Positions 23,644-36,027 of a DNA stretch of 64,000 nucleotides are shown here, in pieces. How positions within the stretch are numbered: the first letter of the stretch is position 1; every line of letters starts with the position of its first letter. The notes under the pieces are model-generated. The model was not told where the DNA came from. It saw nothing but the letters and a program-made list of their open reading frames with translations, and did not search any database. Source of the DNA: Phallusia mammillata (Eukaryota); NCBI GenBank assembly GCA_965637545.1, contig OZ281497.1:19158001-19222000 (forward strand), written 5' to 3'. Both the position numbers and the translations under genes were made by a program.

Positions 23644-25624
23644 GAGAGAAATGTTATACTCAACTCAACCAGGAGCAGGGCCTTGATTGGGCCGATCGAA
23701 CGATGTTCCAAAGAGTTATCAAGCCTTCCTGTACAAGCGAATGTTAAAACTTTTAGTGCGGCTTGCTTGCTATTGTTTCAGTTGAAAATTAGCGATTTCT
23801 TTGCGGCGACGTTGGTGTGTCTGTTCCTGTTTATTTTTTGTCAATGTGCGAGCAACGAGATGAGTTTCGCCACAGGCTATCTATAATTTGTGGGCCATCC
23901 ACTTATATTGTTTTGTAATTTCCCTTGAAACAATGCTTGGACACCTGTGAAACTTGAATAATATTGCCGCCTGTCGTTTTTTCCAGAAAGGCTGGAAGAC
24001 CTGTTTCCAAACCGTAAACATTTTTTTTTTGGAAATTCAGAATGTTCGTTTGTAGGTTATTTACATCAAAGGGCAGGTTAAGACAGGGAGGCTTGTGATG
24101 GGAAAGCTTAAAAAGTTAAATTTTGTGTTTGAAGATTAGCTGCAAGTGTGTTGTTTGTTTGGCATGCTCGATGCTGTTTGGCATGCTACTAAATGCAATA
24201 GGGCAAAAGATGCAGAATAATTGTGCAACTTCACGATTCATGCGATGTGTCTTTTTGCGATTGTGTGTAGAAATGGAAATTAATTTGCAGTGAAAAAGAA
24301 AAAAACAGGCTAGGTAAAGATGTTATCGACCCCTCCCGTCATGCTTGAACGAGCCGCATTTTTTCTTACATCAGCTGGCCGATTGGAGGTTAGTAAACAA
24401 AAACATCTGAAACTTTCCTATCGAGGAAGTCGACAAAGGACTGCTCACTGCCGAAGGCCTGTTCTGCAAATCAACCTTTAAAGTAACTATTTGTATTATT
24501 GCAAATGAGTATTACAAAAATAAGTTTGTGACATAGCCTGAGTACTGTGAGTAGCAATGGTTTATCAGTCTCTCGTGGCGTGATAACTTTAGCCTGCTTG
24601 GTTTTAGGTATGTTGAAACGAAAGAAAGCTCAATGATAAAAATTAGTATTAGGTTGTTAATTGCCATAACCCTTGTTTAAGGTTCGTTGATTAATATTAT
24701 AAATACAATATTTTTTGAATGAAAATAATATGCAAATAAAGTATTATTAGATACTTCTGGAGCATTATTTCAGCCATATGACATTAATGTGTGTATTATG
24801 TTACATGCATGGAAGGCTTTTATTTTGTATCCTGCACATACTTGCTAAAAATAGTTTTGGTTTTAAAGTAAGTTACTATATTATCCATAGATAACATTAT
24901 ACATTACTTTATGTTTGTGTGTTTGGTTTTTGAGTTTTTTGGATACTACATTCTATGATTATGAGTTTCAAATAATTTCTGTCTATTAAAACCAGAAAAC
25001 AGTGCACTTAATATAATTGTATTTAACCTGAGCTAGGTGTTTCTAAAGTATTTGTACTATTACTTTTTTGAAGTTTCCCTTTTCTGTTTGTTTTCCTGCT
25101 CTTTATCATATTTCTTGTTAAAATAACAAGGTGTGGTTGAGTTACTCAGTACCATAAAGGTAAATATTGGTTTAGTTTGGCAAAATATGTAGCACTACAC
25201 TTTGGTTCCTATTTGTACAGTAATGCCTGTTGGTCTCTAAATCAGCCTTATGTTGACTTGAAGCTCATGCTTGTCCTGTCCAGAAGTATTGATTGGAATA
25301 GCTTTGTGGTTTGGCAATATGGCATATGGCCAATCTACTTGTCTTTTTTAAAAATCTATGATTGGGATAGTATTGTTAGATTTAAGTATACAGCCATGAG
25401 TTTGAGCATTTATGTTTATTTTGTTGTGTCAAACAAAGTTTGATTGGATTGTTTTTAACATTTTTAGGTGTCAAAACTTACAGGTTTTACCTAGTAACAT
25501 GGTTTAGGGCTTCTCACGCTTGTTTGTGATCATCTTATTATATGTTAGTGCCTGTTAAGGCAGTTACACAACTTTGTAACTGGACAGTTTTTTGAAAGAC
25601 AAAATATATCTTCCTACATTAAAC

Positions 25625-26649
25625 ATGGTGAGTTTTGTTGTTGTATTTTTGTCGAATTAGAATTTCAATGTTCAAAAACAAGCACATATTTGTGTCGTGT
25701 TTATGATAAAAGTCAATTACTGCAACCTTTTCTTTTCACATGACATGATTGATGTATGATCTAATTTAGTGTAAACATCCACCATCGCACCGTTACTTCC
25801 TTGCTGTTGTGTTGCAATAAAACAAAAATTACTGTTTTCACAGGATGGTGAAAACAACGAAACAGAAGATCGTCCTTTCAATTCCCTCCCATTTAAAATG
25901 GCTTTGCCTATGGTTGCAGTTGGTACATTTATCCTTGCACTGAGCTTTGCGTTTTGTTGCTACCTTGCCAGGTATATATTGATATATTTTTAACCGACCG
26001 TTTCAGTATTGTTGTGAGGCCATTTTTATCAAATGCTGTCATCTAGCCCTAACTGAAATAAAACTGTTTGCTACTTTTTTGTCATCACCATATATTGGTA
26101 CAGATTAAGAAGACATAGAGCAAAAGATAAAGGGTACAAAAAGGTAAGAATTCATGCCATATAGTTTTCACCGTTATATTGTTGATATTAAACTCTATTT
26201 TGATACTTGTTCAAGGTTGTTTTAAATAAAAACAAGGACAATGCTCTTCAGGACACCAAAAATGAAGTAAGTATACATTTGCCATGCTATGATGTTATGT
26301 GACCCATTTACCTAATGTTTACTTTTTGTACAGACATGTCCTGTTTGTTTGGAAGACTTCAAAAACAAAGATGTCCTTGCTATTTGTGCCTGTCATCATG
26401 TATTTCATAAAAAGTATGTTTTAAATATGTTTTACTGCTTTTTTGGTAAGCACCCATTTAACATGCGTTATACCTTGTTTTAGATGTTTATCAAAATGGC
26501 TTGACCTGCGTCCAACCTGTCCAATGTGCATGTCACATATACCTGTTCGATACCATGGACAACCAAGCCATGCAGGCACATCTGCCACATCATTTACCAT
26601 CCCTGCTACCATGGGAACACCGGCTGGTTTATTTCCAAGCCAGGTTTAA
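25625..26649 (+). CDS. RNF24: Transmembrane RING-H2 E3 ligase, RNF24/RNF122 family, 155 aa
   Basis: Exons 25625-25627 (ATG only), 25844-25971, 26104-26143, 26216-26266, 26334-26413, 26484-26649. Hydrophobic segment ending [18 protein letters not shown], then CPVCLEDFK...[28 protein letters not shown]24 versus RNF122 cannot be resolved. Confidence 0.9.
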
Positions 26650-29600
26650 CCACTCGCTTTCCAGCAGCGAGGTAACTGTACGTTATTACCCAGCCCGGTG
26701 ACTTTGTATAGTTAGGCTGACCAAACACAATCAGGGTATTCAACAAACCGATACTGTCGAACAGCCATTGCAGATCCTGAGCTTATGGGACGCTCCGTCT
26801 TTATTTCCGTTCGGCGATGTGAAGCGAAATGTGCTTAAGAGTGGCTGAGTTTCTCCATAACGACTGGAGCGATATGGTCACGTGACAAGGATCCTTTGTT
26901 TGCGAGCGGTGCGTGGTGAAGTGTCTGTAACCAAACTGCGCCGCCTTGTTTCACATCTGGGGCGGCGCTATCGCGTTTCGATTTCGTCTCAAAAGGACGT
27001 TTTCTATCCCAATCCGACAATTGGTGGTCTGGTTGTTGCCGTCGGCGTGTTGTTTTTGCCTGTAAGCGTCAACCGCGTTAACATGGAGAAGCAATTCATG
27101 GAAATGCGGTTTCGCTGAACGTCTAGCACCAAACAACGTGCGCGTAACAGCAACGCTCGGGAATTTACAAAACCTTGTTTGTAACTCGCTGCCCCGAGTA
27201 ACGGCACAAATCGTTTGGAGCCTCATACTCAAGTCGCAACTCCCGGGTGATATTACTTCGATACCGCAGTAGTGGAGCTGGTACCATCCGATGCTCTCCC
27301 TATTTACGTGTAATAATAACTCGTTCAACAGCGTATTATGCATGCTCGTCGTTTGCAGGCAGGGGAAGGGCGTAATTGCACAAGCAGGCACGCGCCAGTA
27401 AAGGCCATCGATTTGGCTTTGAAAATCGCGCAGCCTCGTTAAAATACAAAGCAACAATCCACAGGAAGTCGATAAGCTAGGGCGACGTTTCAATTTGCCG
27501 CGCACGTCTAGAAGTTGTAAAAGGCCTTCACCATTATCGGCTGGTGACAAGTTCGATCAGTGTCGAATCAGGAAGCTGGTCATTACTGTACATACGTTGT
27601 CCAGTTTTGTTCTCTATAATCATTATAGTTAACAACTGTGCTAGGCAAGAATTTTACGCAGTAATCCCCACAAGTACGTTCAATTCAAATTGCCCTCCCA
27701 TAATATATTTCCTAATTTTGGCGCCTTCAATGAATGTTTAAAGTGTATATTCAAGAAGTTTAATAGATAAAAACAAAATATATTTGAGTAATCGCGGGTT
27801 GAGAAAAGTCGTATCTTGCGCAATATCAATTTAGAATCGTCAATAACAACATGACAACGTATTCCTGTGGTCACACAATTATTTGCAGTGTGAGCAGCTA
27901 GTTACTGTATGTGCTGCTGCTACAGCGCAGCAGTTGACATACAGGCTTCCTCCCTTTTTTTCGGAATTCGTCTAAACGGTTGCACGCGTCGTGGAGAATC
28001 ATCATCGAGCACTGACGTCACCACCCTGCCGTAGTTATCGAAGTGAAAGCCTATTTTCGCAATCTGCGGGGCCACGTTTTTTCGACATACCCCTATACTA
28101 GTCGCTATGAGGGCTAACGCACCTTTTGCGCAGAAATTTATTTGCACTGGTTTGTTTAAAATTTTAAATCGTTTAATCCGCTTAAAGTTACTAATCGCAA
28201 CGATTCGCGCATTTGCGGTCGATCTTACGTACATACAGAGTCTGTTTTGACAGAGAGTACTTTTCACAGCAGACACATAACTTGCCACAGATTTTACTTG
28301 ATATTTCGGTTCGTGCAGTGTATTTGATGCGACCGCGCATGTTTGTATCAGTTGATGTGCTGTATGTGAACTGTTCTTTTATCGCCAACCGCATGTCGTT
28401 TGAAGCAAGTGTTTCGGTCGTTATGTGATATATCGACTTAACAAGGGTATCAATTGTATACGGCAACTGAATTTTGTGGTTACAAAAACTGTTTGTTATC
28501 GTATTTCTGTCGTTGTTGGCTTTTGTACGCTCATTTGTAGCTTTCATATATACCAAGCATGTTGACATCTGCGGGATTACCAATCTTTTTCTTGGCGGTT
28601 TGCTTTAATTCGTCGCGTTTGCGGCGTTGCGATTTGCTATCCTTTATTACGTGGTACTGCTTCATTCTTTTCGTTAATACCCACTCGTCGCACTTTTTCT
28701 ACTGTTCCATTTTTCTTTCGCTCTCAAGCGACTTTGCTTGCATCCTGACTAGCGCTGTACGCCAAACCCTTTCTGTTTTATGCTTCTTTCATTTGCGTTT
28801 TACGAAATACATTTTTTAGCAAAACCGAACCAGCATTTAGGCAAAAGGCCAATGCGAAGTTTGCGATTCATGACTTGTCTTGTCAGCTGACGTGCTTGGT
28901 TTGTTGCCAAGTTCAGACAACTGAATGAACTGCTTGCTTTGGATCCACATTTGACAGTGGCGTTTGACTTATGATTTTACAGATAATGTCACTTTAGTCT
29001 ACTTGCATATAGTTTGCCTGTTAACAGAAATCAGTATTTTATAAAACTGTTTAATATTCTTCGCAAGCAAAATGTAAGCTTTTCGATATACTTCCCTTAG
29101 GCATTTACACCTAAGCAATTTTGTGTCGAAAAAACGCTCATGCAGCCGTGCGTTCGACCAGTTGCCAATGACGCAATTTCGTTTTCAAATGGGAATCGAA
29201 TTTAATTAGACCTGGGTGCAGTCGCGCCTGCAGTCAATGACCGGAAAGCTTTTTCAAACTAAAAAGGCATTTAACCACCACAGCCGACATACAGCACACA
29301 CACACCTTTGCTAGATGTCCCATTTATTCCGAGCAAAAAAACTGCTACATACAGTTTGTATTGGCTGTCGTAGCCTGATGCACATTGGTAAATGTTTTTA
29401 ACTTGGTGATTTTGTACAACACAGCAGCCTGAGTATAGGTCAAAAATATTGCAACTAACAGGTTTCATTTGTGTCAAAATACAAGTCGAGTCATTCGCCC
29501 AAATGGTTAATATCTAGACTTGTGCTTAAGGGTTTTTCAAAGATCGCAATTTCCCTTTTCATCCTCTATAATAGCAATCGTTGTCGTGCCACATGAAACG

Positions 29601-30792
29601 GATGAGAAAGCATTGAATTGAATTACAATAGGTGAATCACGTAATAGTTTTACGAAGCAGAGCCCTAAAGAGGAAAAATATGTGTTGACGCGAGACGTCT
29701 GCTCTTTGCTAAAGTAGGCCAAGACAAATACATACGTGTGCCCACATTTGTTTAAAACCTAAAGAACAAAAAATGTTCGGCAAATAGCAGCAATATTTAT
29801 AATTGCAAATCAACAATATAAGCATGCAAAAATGTGCCTATTTTATTTGCGAACTTCGATATTCATGGACACTTGTGGATCCTCGGCAAACAAACAGTCT
29901 GTAGCCTATGTCTCTCTCATGGGCCTGATATGGAGAACATTTGAGTCACGTTAATGGCCAGAACTATATATAGACGAAAACTCACAAAGTGTTGGGTGGT
30001 TTATTTTGATATTTCCAGATTTAATTTCGAGATACGTTAATTGTCGCACAATTTTTGAAATAAAATTTTCTGTTATCAAACAACATGTTTAGGCGCTTCT
30101 ATTTATTTTATCTTGATCCCCGTGGATTTATTTTGCTTAAAGGACCTTGTCTCAGTATCCCAACATTTTTAATCTGCGATGCTGTTAGGAAAAACCAGAA
30201 CACATTGAAGCAAAACTTTTCTCCTACAATACATGTTCTCCATGTCTTTCTTTTTTAAACCCCCTTTTGTTTTGCTAGAAAACTGACCTGTTAAGAGTGA
30301 CAAGGCGGTTTGCGAAAATACTTCAGTTTCATTGGTGGAAAGGAAATGCGCACTGAACTGTGGGTAGTTGTTTACCACGTGAGGATTGTCGCAGTTAAAT
30401 TGCCGAAGAAGGTGGTGTGGCCAAATTCAGACTTCTGCAGTAAGTTGTTTGCTTGTTGTATTTCTTTGTGCAAAGTATTTTTGTTGTAAATAAGTACAAA
30501 GATTTGATACATGCACACAACTAAACACTGTTTTGCTGCTTTGTGTGGCCGTGTCACAAAAGAGGTTTTATTTTACTGGGTTAAAAATTTCCATGCGAGC
30601 CATGCACCAGTCATTGCCTGTAAGGTTTTTGCGTGATGACTGGGATTTAAGCCTAATAGATCCCATGCGGAGTAACAGTTTAATGGCGCTTTATGAAATG
30701 TAGATATTTTTCAGCTTTGCTTATTTACATTTAAACAGATTTTTAACTTTCGTGCACAGGGTAAGGGTTGGGAGCCGGACCAGCACGGCAAA

Positions 30793-33700
30793 ATGTCGTT
30801 TGATTTCTTTAACTCCCCTAAGTGGGACCCGGTTGCCCGTGATTTGGGGGAAGATTTTAGACTAACTAGCTTTACAGCTCTAAAAGGATGAGGGTGTAAG
30901 GTTCCGCAGGAGGTGCTGCTCAAACTTCTGGCGGAACTAACACCTGATGAAGATGGACAATCAGTTACTGCAAACAATATTACAAAACCTTTAATTGGTG
31001 AGCTGTTTGTGTATAGGGTGGGGTCTTCCCAAATTGTTGCCTGTTCTAAAGTATGTATTTTTATTCCATGCCCATTTCCCATAAAACCTCTTTTGTGAGA
31101 CCGATTCTGATTGTGACAAATTAATTTCAAAATACTTAAATTTTGAAGGATTTATCTGGGCTGATGGCTCTAAGACCCAGATTTGATCCTGAGGCCCATG
31201 GGTTAGATACTAAGTTCCGTCTGACCAAGTACACTGGTAAGAAATGTGCACCTCAGGTCAACTTTGTTTTCAAAATGAAAGATTTACCATGAATGCACTT
31301 TGAAACAAACATTTAGGGCTCCATGGCGGTGCATGTAAAGTTCCCAATGATGTTTTAAATAAACTACTTGAGGAGCTGGTAGATGGATCCAGCCAGTACA
31401 ATGGAGAGCAGTTTCTGGCAGCAATGGTTCAATCTAACATGGGTATATTTTATCACTTGATTCTGTGGTGGTATTTGTGGGAATGGGCATGGCTTTTTTT
31501 AGTCTAGTGTATTTTCCTATTTAATCTTCTGTACTTACTAAATTGCTGAAATGATTTTTTATTTGACTAGGTATTGGACTGGACACATGCATTATTCCTC
31601 TCAGATTTGGGAGTTTGTTTTTGCTGCAAACCACAGATTTCTTTTATCCACTCGTTGATGATCCTTATATGATGGTAAACTTTTTTGAAAAATATGATTT
31701 GTTGATTTGGCAATAGTGTTTGGTGTTTCACAGGGGAGAATCGCCTGTGCAAATGTTTTAAGTGATCTTTATGCAATGGGTGCAACAGAATGTGATACCA
31801 TGATGATGTTACTGGGTGTCAGCTCGAAATTTACTGAAAAGGAGCGAGACATTGTTGTGCCACTCATGATGAGAGGTTTTAAGGTGTTTATACTTAATTG
31901 TTTAAAGGAACTACATCAAAACAATAACCTGCATCATATACTATGTAGGATTGTGCTGAGGAAGGTGGAACAAGTATTACTGGTGGACAAACTGTGCTGA
32001 ATCCATGGTGCTTGATTGGGGGCGTAGCCACATCAGTGTGTCAACAAAATGAGTTTATAATGTAAGATAAATATTGACAACCTGGTTTGCAATTCAACAT
32101 TGACATATGCCCTCGTTCCCAGGCCAAGCAATGCTGTGCCTGGAGATGTATTGGTGTTGACAAAACCGCTGGGAACACAAGTTGCGTGTAATGCCCACCA
32201 ATGGATGGAACAAAAAAATGACAAATGGAACAAAATTAAGTTTATTGTCAGTGAAGAAGATGTGGAAAAGGCTTACCAAGATGCCATGTTTAACATGTCA
32301 AGATTGAATCGATCAGGTATGAAAGTTATTTTCTTATTTCATGTTAAAATGGGTGATTTGATTTTTGCTTGTAATCTTGTTGTAATGCAGTGGTTCTCAA
32401 ACTGTGGTGTGCTGGAACGTTTTAGGTGGTATGCGAGTAGTTTTCTGCTATATATACCTAATTTAAGTCAGATCTAAAATTGCAACTCAATTGACCCAAC
32501 TGATCAGCCCTGGTTTGGGTGAAACTCTTGTTTTGAATATTCTTTGAAATTGCTAAATATGCTAGCCAGGTTGAGAAAGGAGGGCTATTTCTTGGTCTAT
32601 CCATTCAAACAGGGTTTAGTGGTATGCGATTCATATAAGTTTGAGAACCACTGTTATAATGCCATGGCGAAAGTAACAAAGACAATATATGAAAGCTATT
32701 TGAGATTATTCTTAAATTGTATTACAGCTGCACAATTGATGCACACATTTAACAGTCATGGAGCAACTGATGTCACTGGATTTGGAATTATTGGACATGC
32801 CAAAAATTTGGCAAAACAGCAAAAAAATGAAGTAAATTTTGTGATACACAATTTGCCATGTATCAACAAGATGGCATCCATTGCAAAAGCTTGTGGGAAC
32901 ATGTTTGGATTATTGCAAGGAACATCTGCAGAAACTTCAGGTTTGTTTATTGCAATTTCATACTTTTACCCATAAAAAACATTTTTTTAACAGGTGGACT
33001 TTTGATTTGTCTTCCTCGTGAACAAGCTGCAAAATACTGTGCTGAAATTAAAAAGATTGAAGGACATCAAGCTTGGATTATTGGAATAGTTGAAAGTGGT
33101 ACGTGTTAAGGATGTTTTTAAACTGTGTAGCTTAGTTAGTAGAGCATGAGTCATGTTAAGGCTCCTGTTGTGGGTACAAATCCCTCTGCAGGTTAGAAAT
33201 TTTTTTAGCCATGTCTTGCTATATGAAAATGTTTGGTAGGACTCGTTTCAGTCTAACATCTTTAATAATCCCGGCAGACTATAGTTTACTTTCCTTTTTT
33301 AACAAACAGGCACTAGAACAGCTAAAATCATAGAAAAACCCCGTGTAATTGAAGTTCAAACCCTTGAGGATGGGACAGTGCAAAGTGTGCCACCAATTAC
33401 CACTCCAAGAAGAACAGTGGTAAAAAAAATTTTCTGTAAATGATTTTGCTGTGTTGTAACTAAACTTCTTTATTGTCAGGCAAAACATCCAGCATTGGAA
33501 CATTCCAAACCACTGCCAATAAGTGAAGTTTCACAGGTATGTGTAGATTGCTTTAAAACATTAATTGTTGGCAATTTGTTTACAATGGATTCATGATTTA
33601 CTTTCAGCTTAATACACAAGCAACTATACTACCTGTAACAGAACAACAGCAATTGCAAACAGTTGAAACGGTTAGCGCTGATGTTATGCACACACAAACC

Positions 33701-34141
33701 CTTACGCATCTAACACCTGTAACAACTCTTCAGGATGGGCAACAACTCCATCAGGTAACAATGTTGCTCTGTAGAAACTTGCATTGGTGCAAACCTGGCA
33801 GAAGGTTTAGAGCAGTGGTTCTTAGCCTTTTTGCCTTTGCAGATCCTTTTCGATGTTGTAATCTAATTGCGGACCCCTATGAAGTTTTAGGAAGAATGTT
33901 TTTAAACAAGTTGAAGCATTTTTTTTAAATTGTCATTTATCAATCTCGTTGTGTGTGAATTAAGAAGTTGTTGGTGGAGAAACCACTGTTTTAGAGAGAA
34001 TATATTTCCTGTTTTTGTTACAAAAACCATGTGCTATGTGCAAAAACGTTTTCTTCACAGGTTATGGTCCAAGACACACAACAATACCAGCAGCAGATGC
34101 AGCAGCAAGCACAGTTTCAGAACCACCATCACCAGCAGTAG
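30793..34141 (+). CDS. SEPHS2: Selenophosphate synthetase, Sec-containing isoform (SPS2-type selenoprotein), 492 aa
   Basis: Exons 30793-30997, 31571-31674, 31734-31883, 31949-32061, 32123-32316, 32728-32940, 32994-33098, 33310-33419, 33480-33536, 33608-33754, 34061-34141. In-frame TGA at 30889-30891 in [20 protein letters not shown]; motifs [66 protein letters not shown]; SECIS downstream. Confidence 0.95.
30901..30937 (+). promoter_or_regulatory. Candidate Sec redefinition element (stem-loop 9 nt after the Sec UGA)
   Basis: GTTCCG pairs with CGGAAC and CAGGAG with CTTCTG (one bulge, one G-U). The UGA is followed directly by GGGTGT. Confidence 0.6.
31164..31442 (+). CDS. Alternative first coding exons of the SPS gene giving an SPS1-type Gly isoform (490 aa with the shared exons)
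   Basis: Exons 31164-31236 and 31317-31442 encode [25 protein letters not shown]|[20 protein letters not shown]..., paralogous to the Sec exon with GGT (31328-31330) at the Sec position. Ends in phase 1 like the Sec exon, so it can splice to 31571. Confidence 0.92.
32388..32653. mobile_element. Complete hAT (Buster-type) MITE, 266 bp, in an SPS intron
   Basis: Perfect 16-bp TIRs CAGTGGTTCTCAAACT / AGTTTGAGAACCACTG; TSD TTGTAATG / TTATAATG (7/8). Confidence 0.9.
33813..33988. mobile_element. hAT MITE, 176 bp, in the last SPS intron
   Basis: Ends CAGTGGTT... / ...AACCACTG; TSD GTTTAGAG / TTTTAGAG (7/8). Confidence 0.75.
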
Positions 34142-34310
34142 CAAAATTAACTGTATTTGTGTCGCAATTACTGCCTTCGGCAACAGTGCCGCATATCGTG
34201 GGATTTTTTTGTGCGTTTTATAGATCGTGTTCGCATTATCGTTGCGCAGATATGCGTCTTTGCAAAGAGCAGCTTGCAAATTCGTGCATACACGCGCACA
34301 GTCTGGCATT

Positions 34311-34388
34311 GCACTGTAACTCTATGAAGTCTAATCTGAAAATGTGTCCCATCGCAGTGGATTGTGACTGATTTTTTTCGTTATGTGC
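34311..34388 (+). promoter_or_regulatory. SECIS element (probably type II) in the SPS 3' UTR
   Basis: Helix I GCAC..TAAC / GTTA.GTGC; core ATGA (34324-34327) opposite GA (34370-34371); helix II AGTC.AATC / GATT..GACT; apical AAAA (34339-34342) and mini-stem TGTG / CGCA. Confidence 0.9.
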
Positions 34389-34413
34389 TATGTTTGACTA
34401 TTTTAATTGCTGT

Positions 34414-34419
34414 AATAAA
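34414..34419 (+). terminator. Polyadenylation signal of the SPS gene
   Basis: AATAAA 25 nt after the SECIS. Confidence 0.6.
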
Positions 34420-35235
34420 GAGTATTGAAGGGAAATGATTTGTTCCGCCTGATGGTGCACTGGAGCTGATTGAACACTCCCATCAACAGCCCAGCTTTAA
34501 CATAGTCATTTAGTTGCCCTACTTGTTTGTAACATAAGCAATCTCTTTCAAACTTCTAAAAATAATGACGACAAGACCTGCATAAAATCTGAAAAATTTA
34601 TTGTGCTTTATTTAGTTTTCATATATTCTCCACACACTACTAGTCCATAATTTCGAAAGGGCTTCAGGGCAACCGAATAGATTACACAAAAGTTTTTTTT
34701 TGCCGTCACAATCAAATCAAACGCTCGGTTACGGCAGAACAAAGAGAAACAGAGGCGGGGCGTAAATAAATTAGATCAAGCACGTATACAATTGTCACCA
34801 CGGAAATTACATCTATAAGTTTATGAAAGCAGGTTAGATAAATAATAAACAATGTAATTATTATTTAAAAATGTTTTTAATTAAGAAACGAGTAATATAA
34901 ATCAAGTAATTTTGGCGTTGAAAAGCATGTTCAATAAATTGTTAATAATTCCATATTTCAAGGATTAACTTGCCTACAAAACAACCTTGGCCCTGAATTA
35001 TTTTTAACAGATCTTTCTGAAACAGTATCTTTAAACCCGCCACTGCAGACTTTACAAAAGAAGCTTTGTATTCCAGGCTCGGCAAAGCAGTTCGAAATGC
35101 TTCTCCACGCACAGTTACTTAACTAAACTTTTCCGAACAACGACTATTCAAAGAATGAAAGAACGCCCGACGTTTAGTCTCGGTGCAGCCGCTTGCCCCT
35201 GAAAAAGCCTTGGTGTACCACACTCTCTTTCATTG

Positions 35236-35280
35236 TGACGTCACACGCCTCACTGATGGAGGTTTTGGCTGCCATCTTTG
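35236..35280 (+). promoter_or_regulatory. Possible KMT2E promoter motifs (CRE palindrome and YY1-like site)
   Basis: TGACGTCA at 35236-35243 and GCCATCTTTG at 35271-35280, where CpG-containing sequence gives way to CpG-poor sequence about 750 bp before the ATG. Motif match only. Confidence 0.3.
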
Positions 35281-36027
35281 AATAATTGAGAAGGAAATAG
35301 AGGGACGTGTTGCTGTGTTTGTTTATGGATACACTGCCAATTTAAACGTTTATTTGACTTGAATCTCACGAATACTGTTATTTGAAGTTGTTACAAAATA
35401 GTGTTAGTGGTTTTGAATGCTTAAACAGTGTTTCTCTGTAGCGAACTAAAGTAAAAAGATAGAGATTTACAAATAAAGTTACCAGTGAGCTGTACACTCT
35501 GTGTAAGTTCAGTTGAAACATTTTACCTTGTAAGCGCCTGAGCTACAGATAAATGATTGTGATGATGTTTTATGGTCTTTTAGCCTAATTTTGTGTTGCT
35601 TTAGGTGTTTGCCAGCGTTTATATGTTATACGTTACCTTGATAGCAATATATACTATGTTGGATAGACTTAGGAGTATGTGAAAGTTTCTATCAACTTTG
35701 CTGAATGTTTTGAATGGCATTTTTACCAATGTAACCATAACTTTAATGACACTGTGTCTGGTAAAACCAGTTCATGACACCTACAGTGAGTAAAAACATT
35801 GTTTCACCATTTTGAATCTTGTTTCTTTATTACAGTGATAGAAATGATGTACAATACAAATGTGTGGTTCAATTGAAATGTGGTCCACATGGCACCTGTC
35901 ATAAAATACATGTGAACTGTATTGTCAAGTTGTCATGAAGATTTTTGTTCGACTCATGTGATGGAGTTGAGCTGGAAAATTAATTGTTATGTTGACCCAA
36001 TAAAATCGTTTCTGTGCTGTGTGCATT

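Noticed and set aside
27920-28819. Several 86-130-aa ORFs between RNF24 and SPS
   Set aside because: Non-ATG starts, overlapping frames, no consistent splice path or recognisable motif.
30913-31098. ORF-track start downstream of the TGA at 30889, implying a pseudogene or truncated SPS
   Set aside because: The TGA aligns with the catalytic Sec position and a SECIS is present, so it is a recoded codon.
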